Assembly (NCBI RefSeq): GCF_009914755.1
Contig: NC_060925.1
Length of the DNA: 64,000 nucleotides
Direction: 5' to 3' (one strand)
Source: the human T2T-CHM13v2.0 reference genome, Homo sapiens
Below, piece by piece: positions 1 through 13,898 of this stretch. Each line of letters opens with the position of its first letter. Position 1 is the stretch's first letter. The translations under genes were made by a program, and so were the position numbers. Under the pieces are notes generated by a model, which ran no database searches, was not told the DNA's origin, and worked only from the letters and a program-made list of their open reading frames with translations.

Positions 1-75
1 CCATTGCACTCCAGCCTAGGCGACAGGGCAAGACTCCATCTCAAAAAAATAAACAATAAAAAATAAAAAAAGAAA
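1..75 (+). mobile_element. Alu 3' end with A tail (cut by the window edge)
   Basis: ccattgcactccagcct...gactccatctc followed by an A-rich tail. Confidence 0.9.
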
Positions 76-400
76 ATGGGTATAAAGTACTTAGTCCAGG
101 ACTTAGCACTCCTCTGAGTTCTCAGGGAGCTCACAGTGCAGCATGGTCACAGAGGACCTTGAATTACAAAGCCAGGAGTTTGAACTTAATTCTGTAGGCA
201 GTAGGGAGCCCGCTATGCTTCTGGAGCAGAAGAAGCACGTCAGGATCTTTGGGAAGATTAATTGAAAGTGTATTCAAAATAAAAAAAAGAAAAAAAAGTA
301 TACTCAAAAGGGGTGGAGGGAGGAGACCTTCAGGGCTGGTAGTGGCATGTACTTCCTTCACCTCTGCCCACAGTCTGAAAGGCAGACCCAGTCAGGAAAC

Positions 401-923
401 TTTTTTTTTTATTATACTTTAAGTTCTAGGGTACATGTGCACAACGTGCAGGTTTGTTACATATGTATACATGTGCCATGTTGGTGTGCTGCACCCATTA
501 ACTCATCATTTACATTAGGTATATCTTCTAATGCTATCCCTCCCCCGTCCCCCAACCCCACGACAGGCCTCGGTGTGTGGTGTTCCCCAACCTGTGTCCA
601 AGTGCTCTCATTGTTCAATTCCCACCTATGAGTGAGAACATGCAGTATTTGGTTTTTTGTTCTTGTGATAGTTTGCTCAGAATGATGGTTTCCAGTTTCA
701 TCCATGTCCCTACAAAGGACAGGAACTCATCCTTTTTTATGGCTGCATAGTATTCCATGGTGTATATGTGCCACATTTTCTTAATCCAGTCTATCATTGA
801 TGGACATTTGGGTTGGTTCCAAGTCTTTGCTATTGTGAACAGTGCCACAATAAACATACGTGTGCATGCATCTTTATAGCAGCATGATTTATAATCCTTT
901 GGGTATATACCCAGTAATGGGAT
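401..923 (-). mobile_element. 5'-truncated primate L1 (L1PA-type) 3' end, including ORF2 C-terminus and 3' UTR
   Basis: ORF 615..968 gives IPLLGIYPK...WNQPKCP...MFSLIGGN; poly-T; TSD at 388-403 / 924-939. Confidence 0.95.
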
Positions 924-1609
924 CCAACCAGGAAACTTTGAGGAGGTCAGAGAGACGCAAGTTGTCAACTCTGTTCACCCCAGCTCAGAGGGAGATGGTG
1001 GCTCTCTGGGTGGGAGTCATCTCTCACCTAGGAAACCCACCTGCCCAAGCCATCTCATTCCAGCTGTAAAGGGAACAAAGGGGAGGCAAGAGGACAGGGG
1101 TTCCACTCATCCCTTTGCTCCATTTTAAACCCTCTTCCTGGCACCTTTAGGTAAACAGCTAAGCCTGTGTAAATTCAACCAGTAAAATGATCTGATTGTC
1201 AGTCCTCTGCTGAAAGCCCTTCAGTTGATTTCCGCTGCGATGCCAAAAAAAGCTAAATTGCCTGAGACCCCTGCCCACCTCTCCCACCTCATCTCATGCC
1301 ACTCTTTTCTCACATTTCAGTTTCTCACATTTACTGACTTCTTTCTTGCCTCCAAGTCTTCGCCTTTGCTGTTCCCTTAGCTACTCCAGCATTGGCTCAT
1401 TCTCATCTTAAAGGCCTCGGCTTGAATGTTGCCATCTCAAGAAGGCCTTTTCCAAACATCCTGTTCAAAGTAGCCCCCACCAACTTATGTGGTCATATTT
1501 TACAGGGATGAGGCTCTAAAGACCATATTTAAGGCAAGAATCATATGGTCAAAATTATCATTGAAAATCCCTTAGAAAGCTATCATATTGGAATCTTGTT
1601 CATCACACG

Positions 1610-1638
1610 CCCTTTCCTTTCCTTTCCTTTCCTTTCCT
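1610..1638. repeat. (CCTTT)n
   Basis: Seen directly. Confidence 0.9.
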
Positions 1639-1756
1639 GTAACATGCCAGACACACTTACAACCCCAAATCTCTGCATAGATCTCTCTCCCTCATCCCTT
1701 CAGGTCTTTGCTCAAATGTAATGTTCTCAGTGAGAACTTCCTGACTACCCACTTCA

Positions 1757-1893
1757 GGCTGGGAGTGACGGCTCATTCTTGTAATCCCAGCACTTTGGGA
1801 GGCTGAGGCAGGAGGATCACTTGAGCCCAGGAATTTGAGGCCAGCCTGGGCAACATAGTGAGATGCCATCTCTAAATCAAACAAACAAAAAAA
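1757..1893 (+). mobile_element. FLAM / Alu monomer
   Basis: Single Alu arm with A-rich tail. Confidence 0.85.
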
Positions 1894-2635
1894 CTGTAAC
1901 ATTTCCATTCCTGCCCCAGCATTCTATAATCCCCTTCAGAGCCTTACTTTTTCCTCCATAGATCACTGTCTAACATATTATACATTTCACTTAGAATTAA
2001 GTTCTGAGGGCAAAGATTTGTTTATTTTGTTCACTGCTGGGTCCACAGTGCCTAGAATACTGTCCTTCATGTAGATGTTCAAGAAATTACTGAATGAAGG
2101 AATGAATCTTTCAGGCCTCAGCTTGGGTGTCTCTCTCCTTTCTCTTACTTTCTATTCCTTCATTAGGGGTTCCATCTCCGGGCTTTCATGCATCCTGTAT
2201 TTGTCCCTATTAAAGAACTACTGATCACAATGTACTGTAGTTTTCCTCTCTAAATACTTGTCTTCCTGCGTATCTAATCCTATTGATTCCATAAAGACAG
2301 GGAGTGTTTCTCCTACTTTCTAGTGTGATCTGGAACCTAAGACTGTGCTTACCACAGAGTAGACACTTAGTGTCTTTTGAATAAACTAGTTTGGGTGGTG
2401 GTGGTGCGGTACCCCTGAATGGGAGTGGGGGATGTGGCTCCTTGTCAGCTCCTGAATAGGTCTAGATCCTGCACTAGGAAGACCATTGACTGGCATGAGC
2501 TGGGGGCCTTTAAAATAACCTCAGAATAGCACCTGGGAACAAGCCAGCTCCATACACTAGTGAGCCCCAGGCAGGGAGGCACGTAGGACCCCCCCAATAG
2601 CGCTTTCTGTTTTTCCACTCAGTTAGGTGACCTTG

Positions 2636-2829
2636 GGGTAGGATCGCCAAATAAAATACAGGACATCCAGATAAATTTGAATTCAGAAAAACAATGAGTA
2701 ATTTTTTAGCATACGTGTCTCATTGCAATATTTGGGATAGTCTTATACTAAAGCATTACTCGTCGTTTACCTGAAATTCAACTTCAACTGGGCATCCTGC
2801 ATTTTATTTGCTAAATATGGTAACCCTAC
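2636..2829. mobile_element. MER53-like hAT MITE
   Basis: Palindromic: aaataaaatacaggacatccag...tgcattttatttgctaaatatggtaacccta. Confidence 0.7.
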
Positions 2830-3119
2830 TCTGGCAAGTCCCTGTACGCTGCATGTCCCTCTCTGGGTTTCGCTTTCTCCATCTGTGGAATGGGCACAGT
2901 TCTGTGAGACTTGCCTCAGGGATTCCTCAGGCTGAGCAAATACCCTCATGGATCGTCCCTTTGTCCTGGTGAGTCGTATGGGAAGCGCGCTTGTCTGAGG
3001 AGTTTTTCGCTGTGTAAATATGAGAAGCTCCTTCCTCCAAAAGCCTCCGTTTTCTCATCTGAGCATATGAGACTCTCAGAAGTGGAAACGATTGCCTGGC
3101 GGAACCATGACTGCTCAGC

Positions 3120-3545
3120 TTCCAGCCACCGGAACCCCCAGCTCACGGCCCCCATCCCTTGAAGCCACGGTCTTCCGGTAGCGTAAAGTCACTTCCGTAT
3201 TCGAGAGCCTTCTAGGCTTCGAGCCACGCGATGTCGCGCCCTCTGGCGGCTGGGAGGAGGGACCGACTTTACCAAACGGTGAGAAGGAACAGGGAAGTCC
3301 ATTGGTTGAAAGACGGAGAGGCGCAGCTCAGTCTTCCAACCTCAACCAATGTTAAACCGAACCTTCGCCGAGGGCGGGGCTCTCACGGGAAAGGGGTCAA
3401 CCCGGGACTGAGGCGGCGTGGGAAGCGGGCGACCTTATCTCTGCTCAGCTGGAAAAAGGCCCAGGGTAACACCGGAAGTGGGCTTATTTGCGCATCAGCT
3501 ACTTTCGCTTCTACTTAAAAACGGAGGATCTGGGTAAAAGAACCG
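3120..3545. promoter_or_regulatory. Orphan CpG-rich promoter-like element (ETS x3, CCAAT x2, GC box, CTCF)
   Basis: CTTCCGG 3172, CACTTCCG 3190, ACCGGAAGTG 3471, ATTGG 3301, CCAAT 3346, GGGCGGGGC 3372; local CpG retention in a CpG-poor background. Confidence 0.75.
3236..3251 (-). promoter_or_regulatory. CTCF core motif CCGCCAGAGGGCGC
   Basis: Exact fit to the CCRSYAGRKGGCRS consensus. Confidence 0.7.
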
Positions 3546-3958
3546 AAAGGCTGTACGAACCTAAGACTTGTCTCCGATGTCCTTCTCAACCATCAATTTC
3601 ATATGCGAGGGAAAACACCTGCTGGGTTCACGCAGAATATAAAGGTCTTTGAAATAATTCTTGATCTCTAGGCCAAGGAGTTTTACATTTTAAAATAATC
3701 AAGCGTGCCTACTGCTTGCCAGGCCCTGCTCTCGCCTTCACTCGCATTATTCAATTAATCGACACAGGCCTGTGCAGTGCGTCTTAATGACAAGGACTCC
3801 TACCCTCCACTGCCTGTGTTGGAATCCTGGTTCTGCCAGTTATTAGCTGTGTATCCTGGCCTAAGTTACTCTCTGCCACAGTTTCTGACTCTGTAAAATA
3901 GGATAATAGTATCTACCTTATACCATTATTCTAAAGATAAATAAATTTAACATATTTA

Positions 3959-4267
3959 GGTTGGGCACGGTAGCTCACACCTGTAATCCCAGCACTTTGG
4001 GAGGCCGAAGGTGGAAGGATTGTTTGAGCCCAGGAGTTCAAGACCAGCCCGGGTAAAATAGTGAAACTCCCCACCTCTCCAAAAAAAAAAAAAAAAAAAA
4101 ATCAGCCAGGCGTGGTGGCAAGCACCTGCGGTCCCAGCTACTCTGGAGGCTGAGGTGGGAGGAGGATTGCTTGAGCCTGGGAGGTCGAGGCTTCAGTGAG
4201 CCGTGAGTGGGGCACTGCACTCCAGTTTGGGCAACAGAGTGAGACCTCGTCTCCAAAAGAACAAAAA
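3959..4267 (+). mobile_element. AluJ inserted in a MIR
   Basis: Full dimer; TSD aatttaac(a/g)tattta. Confidence 0.9.
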
Positions 4268-5086
4268 ATTTAACGTATTTAAAGCACTCAGAACAGCACC
4301 TGACACATGGTAACCACAGTAACCAGGTAAGTTATTTTCATTTACAAATTGAGAAATGAGGCTTACGTATGAAGTAACTTGTCTAGAACAGATAGCAACT
4401 AGTGGAGGCAGATTGGGAAAGTCTCTGCCTAATCTGAATCTCAATCACTATACCTGCCCCACCCTCTTCCTGTGTCTACAGGGAGCCTGTTATGATCCTA
4501 ATTGCCTTTAAAGCATCAGATGTATTTATTTGGTAGCATCCTATTACAAAGTGGCTGCTCTCTGGGCATTTTTGTAATTTTAATGAAGTTGGTGAGGTCC
4601 TATAACTTGTCTCTCAGACCAGGGGCAAGGCTTCTGGGAGAAGTCAGAATGGATGGCTTCAAGATCCACCTCCTACTAAATCCTACTTATGGAAAAATCA
4701 GTAGAAATGAACTTCTGAACATGTTTCATTTGAGATCTTTTCAGATATCCAAGTGGAGATAATTGTGATTTGGTGTGGTAAGTGCTGTGTTAGTGGAAAG
4801 CACAGGGCACCAAGGGAGGTCTGATTAGGGATAGATAAAGCTGCCGGCCAGGATTAGGACAGGCGTGGCAAAAGCAGCAGGTCTTGGTGAATGAGTAGGA
4901 GTTGGCCAGGTAGAAAAGTCTGGGGAAGTTGAGGGGAGCATTCCAGACCAGGGCACTGGCGTGTACAAGGGAATGGTAGTTTGATGATTCAGAGCCCTTT
5001 CTGGGAACCGGAGTATAGGATGGAAGGTAAGAATGGAATGGAGATTGGGGGCATATTACGAAGAAGTGATCTAAGAAGACACTTCT

Positions 5087-5660
5087 TATCAACTAAGACA
5101 GACCCTAAGATTAAAGAAACCAAAGTTAAAGTTACTTATGGGTTGGGGGTTCATCATATCCCTCCTAACTCTGATTTACAACCCAAGACCACTACAACTC
5201 TGATTGGACAGAGGACCGGCCTTACAAACATTCTCTTCTGATAAGCAACTGCAGACCTTAAGCCAGTTTCACCAGCTGATAAAGGCGGTACACAGACTGT
5301 CTTTGGGTCCTGTGGTTCATCTTTTGATATAAAGAGTCAAATTCTACCTCATTTTAATGCTAAAATTCTGCCCCAAAGTGAGCATGGGATGAGTGTTACA
5401 TATATGTTTACGCATTGTGCATGCACTCAGCTCCCCTCATAAATATATATAGTCTTCCCCCACAATCTGCTAAATATGTATGACTCTTTTGTGTAAATAT
5501 GGACCTTGTGAGGCATAAAACCCAACCTGCTCCTTCCCTTCTCGAAGAGAAAACACATTTGGTCCACACTGGAGATTCTCTTCCTGGTTTGCAAACTAAT
5601 ATCACCGATAAAGCTCTCCTTTTCTACTATTTACCCATTCTGGTGATCTTTTGGACAATA
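5087..5660 (+). mobile_element. ERV1 MER4-group solo LTR (MER67/LTR54-like)
   Basis: Recalled motifs ctcattttaatgctaaaa, gaggcataaaacccaacc, ataaagctctcctttctacta...ttggac; subfamily uncertain. Confidence 0.7.
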
Positions 5661-5661
5661 A

Positions 5662-6036
<375 letters not shown>

Positions 6037-6080
6037 TAGCTTTGCACTTTAGATGGTGCACTAGGAGGCAAGGAAGAGGA

Positions 6081-6630
6081 TGCGGTAGGCAGTCTCTGAG
6101 TTGTCCTTAATGATTTCACATCCCAGTATTCACACCCTGGTGTGATTTCCTCCCGTTGAGTATGGATGGAATTTATTGATTCCATTCTAATGAATAGAAT
6201 ATGTTAGAAGTGACGGGTTGTCATTTCTGAGATTCGATTACAAAAACTCCCTGTGGCTTCTGTTTTGGGCACCTTCTCTTGCTCTCTTGCTCACTTGCTC
6301 TTAGGGAACACAGCAGCCATCTTGTGAACTGCCCTGTGGGTAGGTCTATGTGTCAAAGAACAGATGACTAATCAACGGCTAGCAAGGACTTGAGGACTTC
6401 TAACAGCTGTGAGTGAGCTTGAAAGTAGATCCTCCCCCAGGCAAGCCTTAGAATGACTGCAGCCCCAGCCAACACCTGATTGCAGCCATGTGAGAGGCCC
6501 TAAGCCAGAGGACCCAGTTAAGCCATACCCAGGTTCTTGACCCTCAGAAAGGGAGATAAGTAATATTCGTGGTTTTAAGTTTTACCTAATTTTAAGGTAA
6601 TTTGTTAGGCAGCAATAGATAACTAATACA
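6081..6630 (+). mobile_element. MaLR LTR (MLT1F-like)
   Basis: Ends ggtaatttgtt..gcagcaatagataactaataca, the MLT1 3' terminus. Confidence 0.8.
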
Positions 6631-7285
6631 GAGGGATTAGAAGCAAAGACAGAAGTAGAGAAATTAGGAGAGGGTGGTGGTTGTAGGCCATCTCTCTAAT
6701 AATGAGAACCTGAATTGTGCAGTGGCTGTGCAGGTGAAGAGCAGAAGATGAATTTGAGATATGTCTGGAAAAAGAACAGAAGACATTTGGCAATGGAGTT
6801 GGATGTGGGAAGGAGGGATAAGGCAGAGGAGAGAGCAATGCCAGTGTTTGGTAATGTGAGGGATGGTATTTGCTAGAGCTGCCAGCATGCAGGTCACTGG
6901 GGATGAGTTTTAAAAGTGGCTCCTTGAGATTTCTGGCAACAACAAGATAGATCAACAAAGCAGACTCAAGGTTGGTCAAAGAAAACAGCCACTGTGAGCT
7001 GGGGAAGAAATAATGCAGAAAAATAGAATCAAGGAAGAGCTGGAGGGAATTCTCTTTCCTGAGTTTGATTTACTTGTCAAAGTGTATGGTATACCATTCT
7101 CCTCTTCATCTAGCCATTCTCTCCACAAATGTTTACTAAGTGCTTTCTCTGTGCTAGGCACTGGGGACAAACAAGTAAACACACAAGTCCCTGCCTTCAT
7201 ACTGTTCATAACTTGGTTGCAGAGAAACAGTAAGATTGAGGCTAGGACTTTTTAGCCACTCCTGCAGGGCTCTGAGGGTCTAAAT

Positions 7286-7690
7286 CTGTGCTGTCTGTTA
7301 TGTTAGCCACCGGCTTCCTGTGGCTATGAGACACTTGAAATGTGGCCAGTCCAAATTGAATGTGTTATAAGTGTAAAATACACCCTAGATTTCAAAGATG
7401 TAGTTCAAAAGAAAAGATTGTAAACGATTTCAATAATTTTTAAATATTGAATATTGATTTTAGTATTATCATTGGATAACATTTTGTATGTTTAAAAGAA
7501 ATAAAATAAATAATTAAAATATATTAAATTAATTTCACACATTTCTTTTTAAATTAGTGAAATTAATTTAAATAATAGATTTTACTTATTTTGGCTATTA
7601 GAAAATTTAACAGCCAAAATATGGCTATTAGGAAATTTAAAATTATCTATTAAATATACCTCACATTATATTTATGTTGGACCTCACTGA
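7286..7690. mobile_element. MER33-like hAT-Charlie element with an internal AT-rich rearrangement
   Basis: gcacttgaaatgtggc-like motif and aagtgtaaaatacac. Confidence 0.7.
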
Positions 7691-8134
7691 CTAAATCTGT
7701 ATTCCCTACCAACTTTATCTCTCTCAGTGACTTTAATTTTAGTTAATGAAAGGTTTGTTTTTTTTTCATTGAAAGTAACAGAAACCTTGAGGGGAAATGA
7801 AAATTAAATGTTAGGGGAATTGATTGCAAGGGCCTTCTGAATCAAGGCATGGTTGATTGAGCAGTCTGGGCAAGGAGCAGGCTCGAGGGGCCTTCGCAGC
7901 AGAGCTTCACAGGCATTAATGTGACCGGGCTCCATTTTTGAATTTGACATCCCACATTCCAATTTCTGAGAAGACAGACTCTGATCAGCTCAGTTTAAAT
8001 CAGGGTGTATCTACTCTGGATCCAGCTGCTACGGCTATGGGAAGAACGCACTGTGAGCTGCCTGCTGCTTTTTTCCCACCCTTACCCTCCAGCCACTATG
8101 TTCCCTAAAAGGCAGCGTGAGCTCTCCAGTCTCT

Positions 8135-8340
8135 AGGGGTCAGCAAACCTTTTCTGTCAAGGGCCAGATAGTCAATACTTCTTTTGCTTTGTAATTCTTA
8201 GTGTTTCTTTTGCAACTACTTCATTCTGCCCTGCAGAGCAAAAGCTGCCAGAGACAATACATAAGTGATTGGACATGGCTGTGTTTCAGTGAAACTTCAT
8301 TTCCAAAACCAAGAGGTGGGCCATAGTTTGTCAACCCCTA
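8135..8340. mobile_element. MER58A hAT-Charlie MITE
   Basis: TIRs aggggtcagcaaac / gtttgtcaacccct. Confidence 0.8.
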
Positions 8341-9456
8341 AACTGTACTTTCTGTTCCCTCTGCCTGGACTATCCTTTCACTCCTTCCTTCCAGCAAGTG
8401 CCTAGTCATCCTTCTGGTCTCAGTTCAGATGCCACTTCTTGGAGGCTCCCCCTAACCTTCCTCTCCTGACTGGTTAGTTGCTCCTTCTCTATGCTCCCAC
8501 AGACCCCTGTATCCCATACATGCACTTCTCATACTCTGTTGTCATTGTTCTTTTCTAACCACTGGCTTACTAATTCTGGGTCTCATTTGTTATAAACTCA
8601 CCACCTGGCACTCCTGGCACATGGCACGCACTTGAGTGTCATTGGATGAGTGGAAGAAACCATGAACCTTGTGGTTGACACATAGTCAGACTAGATGTCC
8701 TGAGATCTTGGGTAGTGATGAGAATTCTGGGCTTTTAAAATTAGCGGCATGAGAGGCACCTCCTGTAACTCCAATACTTCAGAAAAGCATGGGGGAATGT
8801 TTTAAGATGGGAGAAGTGGAAAATTCTAAGGGCTGCAAGCCCTGGATAATGTGATAAGCCACACCTCAGCTGGGGTGAAACCAGGAGTGCACTCCTTGGA
8901 GGAGGCTTTGTGCTCCTTGGTAAGGTTCCCTGCGGAGGCCCCATCAGGCCCAGTGGGTCAGGAGAGAGACACTGTGGGGTCGAGGGCAGCCTTGGCCCAT
9001 AGTCACTTACAGTTACAGTTACAGGGCAGCAGAATGGACCTTCCTTGACCCAAGGGCTTGGTGAGTAACATTCAACAGATCCTGGACAAGGGCAACGGAG
9101 GCTGTGAGGCCAAAGACAGTGCTCATGGCCTCTGCGAGGCTTTATCCAGCTAAGCACATTGTCCCTGTCGCCTCAAGAGAGGAAGGAGAGTTTCTCTTTT
9201 TAATGTCACTCTTAAATGTCACACCTTTGGGCAATACAGATCTGATAGGGCCTTTCCTGGGTGTTTTGCACAATAAGACCAAGAGTAAAAGAGCAGTGGA
9301 TCTTCCCTGTCATCGTGGACCTTGAATGGCTTACCTGGGCCCCTCATGGGGATGGTGGGCTGGGGCAGGTGACCTGGGACCACCGGCGGCACGTTTTCCA
9401 TTTATACAGCTGATGACCAGCAGAGTGGATGAGGAGAGCAGGGCCGGGATGGTGAT

Positions 9457-9562
9457 CACTGCAGCTTGCAAGCCACCCATGCCTGGCCAAAGGGATGGGG
9501 CATCAGGGCACTGCAGCTTGTAAGCCACCCACGTCTGGCCAAAGAGATGGGGTGTTAGGGCA
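9457..9562. repeat. 52-bp tandem duplication (2 copies)
   Basis: cactgcagcttg(c/t)aagccaccca...ggccaaag(g/a)gatgggg..aggg occurs twice. Confidence 0.9.
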
Positions 9563-9940
9563 AGGGCAGTGGACTGCTCCCCCAGGGCAGGCTGTGCTTC
9601 TGGCCCTCAGCAGCCTTGGCCCACACAACACTGGGCTCCCACGACACGGAGGAGGCATGGTGCAGAGAAAAAGCAGGCTGAGAGGCAAAGATTGAGTGAC
9701 CTTGGGCAAGTGGCCAATTGTTCTTCCCCTAGTGTTTGGCACTTAGAAGGTGCTGGGTACTTGCTTGTGGACCCAAAGGGAGAGATGTGATCCTAATACC
9801 ACCAGATGCTTTACATGCCTTATCTTACTCAACCTGGCGAGCTGCCTCTGCTGTTACCACTTACCAGCTGGTGAAGCTGTGATGCCAAGGCTGGCTTCTC
9901 TGAGGCTAAAACGTTTATAAGGGGCAGAGGCAGGATTTGA

Positions 9941-11402
9941 ACCCAGATCCGCATGTTGCCAGGCCTTCATGCTATCCATGTGCTTCCCCACAAGCATGCT
10001 CTGAACACTTACCGTGGGCCAGGCATGTGGCCCAGCCCCGTAAGACACCACCTGGCACGTGGCAGTCCCTCAATAAATTTTAGCTGTCATTAGGCATTAC
10101 TGTTATTTCGACTCATTTGATCCTCACAGCAACCCAGCAAGGGTAGGTATTTTTGTTCCTATTTTCCAGATGGGAAATCTGAGGCTATCGTGGTGAAGTG
10201 TCTGGCCTAAGGTCCACAGCTGGTTAAGTGGCAGGGCCAAGAATTAAGTGCAGGTGGACTCTTTTCCCATGTTAGCTAAGGCGCTTAGGTAGCAGAGGAA
10301 TCCAATAATACTGCCTCTGTTTATTTAGTTGAAGAATGGGAAGGAGTCATTGGAAAAGGAGTAAATGGAGGGCCTTTAAAGGACTATCCTATGGAAAGGA
10401 GGGGGTCAGAAGACAGAGCTAGGACCACCAGAGACACAAGGGGACCCATGGAAAGAAAGACCTCCTAATCCGGTAGTAGGATGGGCTGCTGCACAGATAG
10501 TGAGCTCCCTGGCACCAGACATGTTTACGCAGGGAAGCTGTGGCATGGGAGACTGCAGGAATTTTCTCTTGGTGCTAGGAGTACATGCGGGTCTCTGGGT
10601 TCTTGGCCCACAGCAGCTGCCAGCTTGCTGCGCCTGCCCTCTCTGGGACTCTGAGAAATAGGGGAGCGAGGATGAGTTGTCAGCTCTGAAACAGTCCTGT
10701 GCTCCCAGGAGAAATCCCTGGCTCCTCATTTCTTCCGTCTTCTACTTCCTCTTCCATCCCACCCCTGGCCTCAGCCTCACCAGCCTTGCTGCTTTCCCGC
10801 TGGGTTCCCTCCCTGCCTCCAGCTGTGTTTCACTCCACATAAATATGACCACCCTCCTTCCCTGATTAAAACCATTCATGGATCTGGGCGCCGTGGCTCA
10901 TGCCTATAATCCCAGCACTTTGGGAGCCGATGTGGGTGGATCACCTGAGTCAGGAGTTTTAAGACCAGCCTGGCCAACATGGTGAAACCCCGTCTCTACT
11001 AAAAATACAAAAAAAATTTAGCCGGGCATGGTGGCACGTGCCTGTAATCCCAGCTATTTGGGAGGCTGAGACAGGAGAATCACTTGAACCTTGAAGCGAG
11101 GTTGCAGTGAGCTGAGATGGCGCCACTGCACTCCTGCCTGGGTGACAGAGCAAGACTCTCTCAAAAACAAACAAACAAACAAACAAACCAAACAAAAACA
11201 ACCCAGGTCCGCATGCTGCCAGGCCTTCACGCTATTCATGTGCTTCCCCACAAGCAAGCTCTGAACACTTACCATGAGCCAGACATGTGGCCCACCCCAG
11301 TAAGAGACCACCTGGCACGTGGCAGTCCCTCAATAAATTCTAGCTGTCGTTAGGCATTACTATTATTTCGACTCATTTCATTCTCACAGCAACCCAGCAA
11401 GG
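9941..11402. repeat. 202-bp direct repeat: 9941-10142 and 11201-11402
   Basis: Ungapped manual alignment, 16 mismatches. Confidence 0.95.
10883..11200 (+). mobile_element. AluS with a (CAAA)n tail
   Basis: Dimer with a short right-arm deletion; no TSD found. Confidence 0.9.
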
Positions 11403-11771
11403 CTTCTCTGTTGCCCTCAGGATGGCCCACAGCCCATTGCTTTGCCCTTGGTCTCACATTGGATCCTCAGCCACACAGCCTCATTGCCAGCCTCCTGTCC
11501 CTCAAACATGCTGTTCCTCCTTCCTGGACAACTTTGCCCAGCACTTACTCAGCATGCAGGTCTCAGCTTCAGCAGAACCTCCTCCAGGAGGAACCTCTTC
11601 TCTTGAGTTCCTGAGAGCCTCTCTTGTTCTCCTGAGTCCTCAACCTATGTGCTATCTTTGCCTGGTCACCATCAGCTCTTTGATATAGACCTGGGATGCG
11701 GCTGTTGTTGCCTATCTCAGTGCCTAGCAAGCTGTAGGAATTGTTGGGTAAGCGATTGAATGAGGGAGTGA

Positions 11772-13099
<1,328 letters not shown>

Positions 13100-13884
13100 C
13101 TAATAAGGAGCACAGGTTTGGGAGTCACACAGCCCTGGGTTCAAATGTGAGCTCTGCCACGTAAGCAGAAAGTCATCTTAACTCTCTGGACCTTGTGTTC
13201 TTATCAGTAAAAAGAGGATAAAAATGGTATCTCCTCTTATGCTTGTTGTGAGGATTAAATGAGAGGACAGCCCATAATAATTATTATGTTAATGATATTT
13301 CAAACCAGACCTGGTCTATAATTGGATTCAACTAATCATGAGGCGTACAGGGACTTTGAGAGAAAACAGAGCATTTGAAAACATGGATTCCAGTTGGGTT
13401 TTAGAGTTTCAGAGCTGGGAAGGTGGCTTAGAAACCACCTGGCTATATTTCCCCTTGTATAATTGGTAAGAAGACTGAGATCCCCAGAGGGGGGATCTTG
13501 CCCAACATCACACTTAACCACACTATTTGGCTAGTAAATTCCTTGGGCAGAGTATGGGCTTGGGCTGGGAAGCTGGGTATTTGCTTTGGGAACCAGAAAA
13601 CTTTCAAGTGGCTCAGCACCCTCCTTGGCCCACCTCTGATACCTACCTGCCCCTGTCCCTTCCTCAGTCTCATCATTCTGAGGGAAAGCTGGCCACGGTA
13701 CAAGGGCAAGAGGCACTGTCGCTTGCCCAACTTGAGTCCAGAGGGCTTCCCTTGCCTCACAGTCAGGACCACCCAGGCCCCCACCTCCATCCTCCCCACC
13801 TTGGGTCTTGGGTTGGCAGCAGAGCCGAGGAGCTGAGGGTCCAGGGAGGTGGCAGGGGAAAGGGGTGGGCTTCTACTTACTGCA

Positions 13885-13898
13885 CCGGTAGGTGGCGC
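13885..13898 (+). promoter_or_regulatory. CTCF core motif CCGGTAGGTGGCGC
   Basis: Exact fit to the CCRSYAGRKGGCRS consensus with CpGs retained. Confidence 0.65.

Larger units (their letters stand above)
1180..2110 (+). mobile_element. L2 fragments (interrupted by a FLAM and a simple repeat)
   Basis: L2 3' motifs: gggcaaagatttg...ttcactgctg...cagtgcctagaa...tgaatgaa. Confidence 0.6.

Noticed and set aside
615-968. 117-aa ORF as a gene
   Set aside because: It is the C-terminal fragment of L1 ORF2 in a 5'-truncated element
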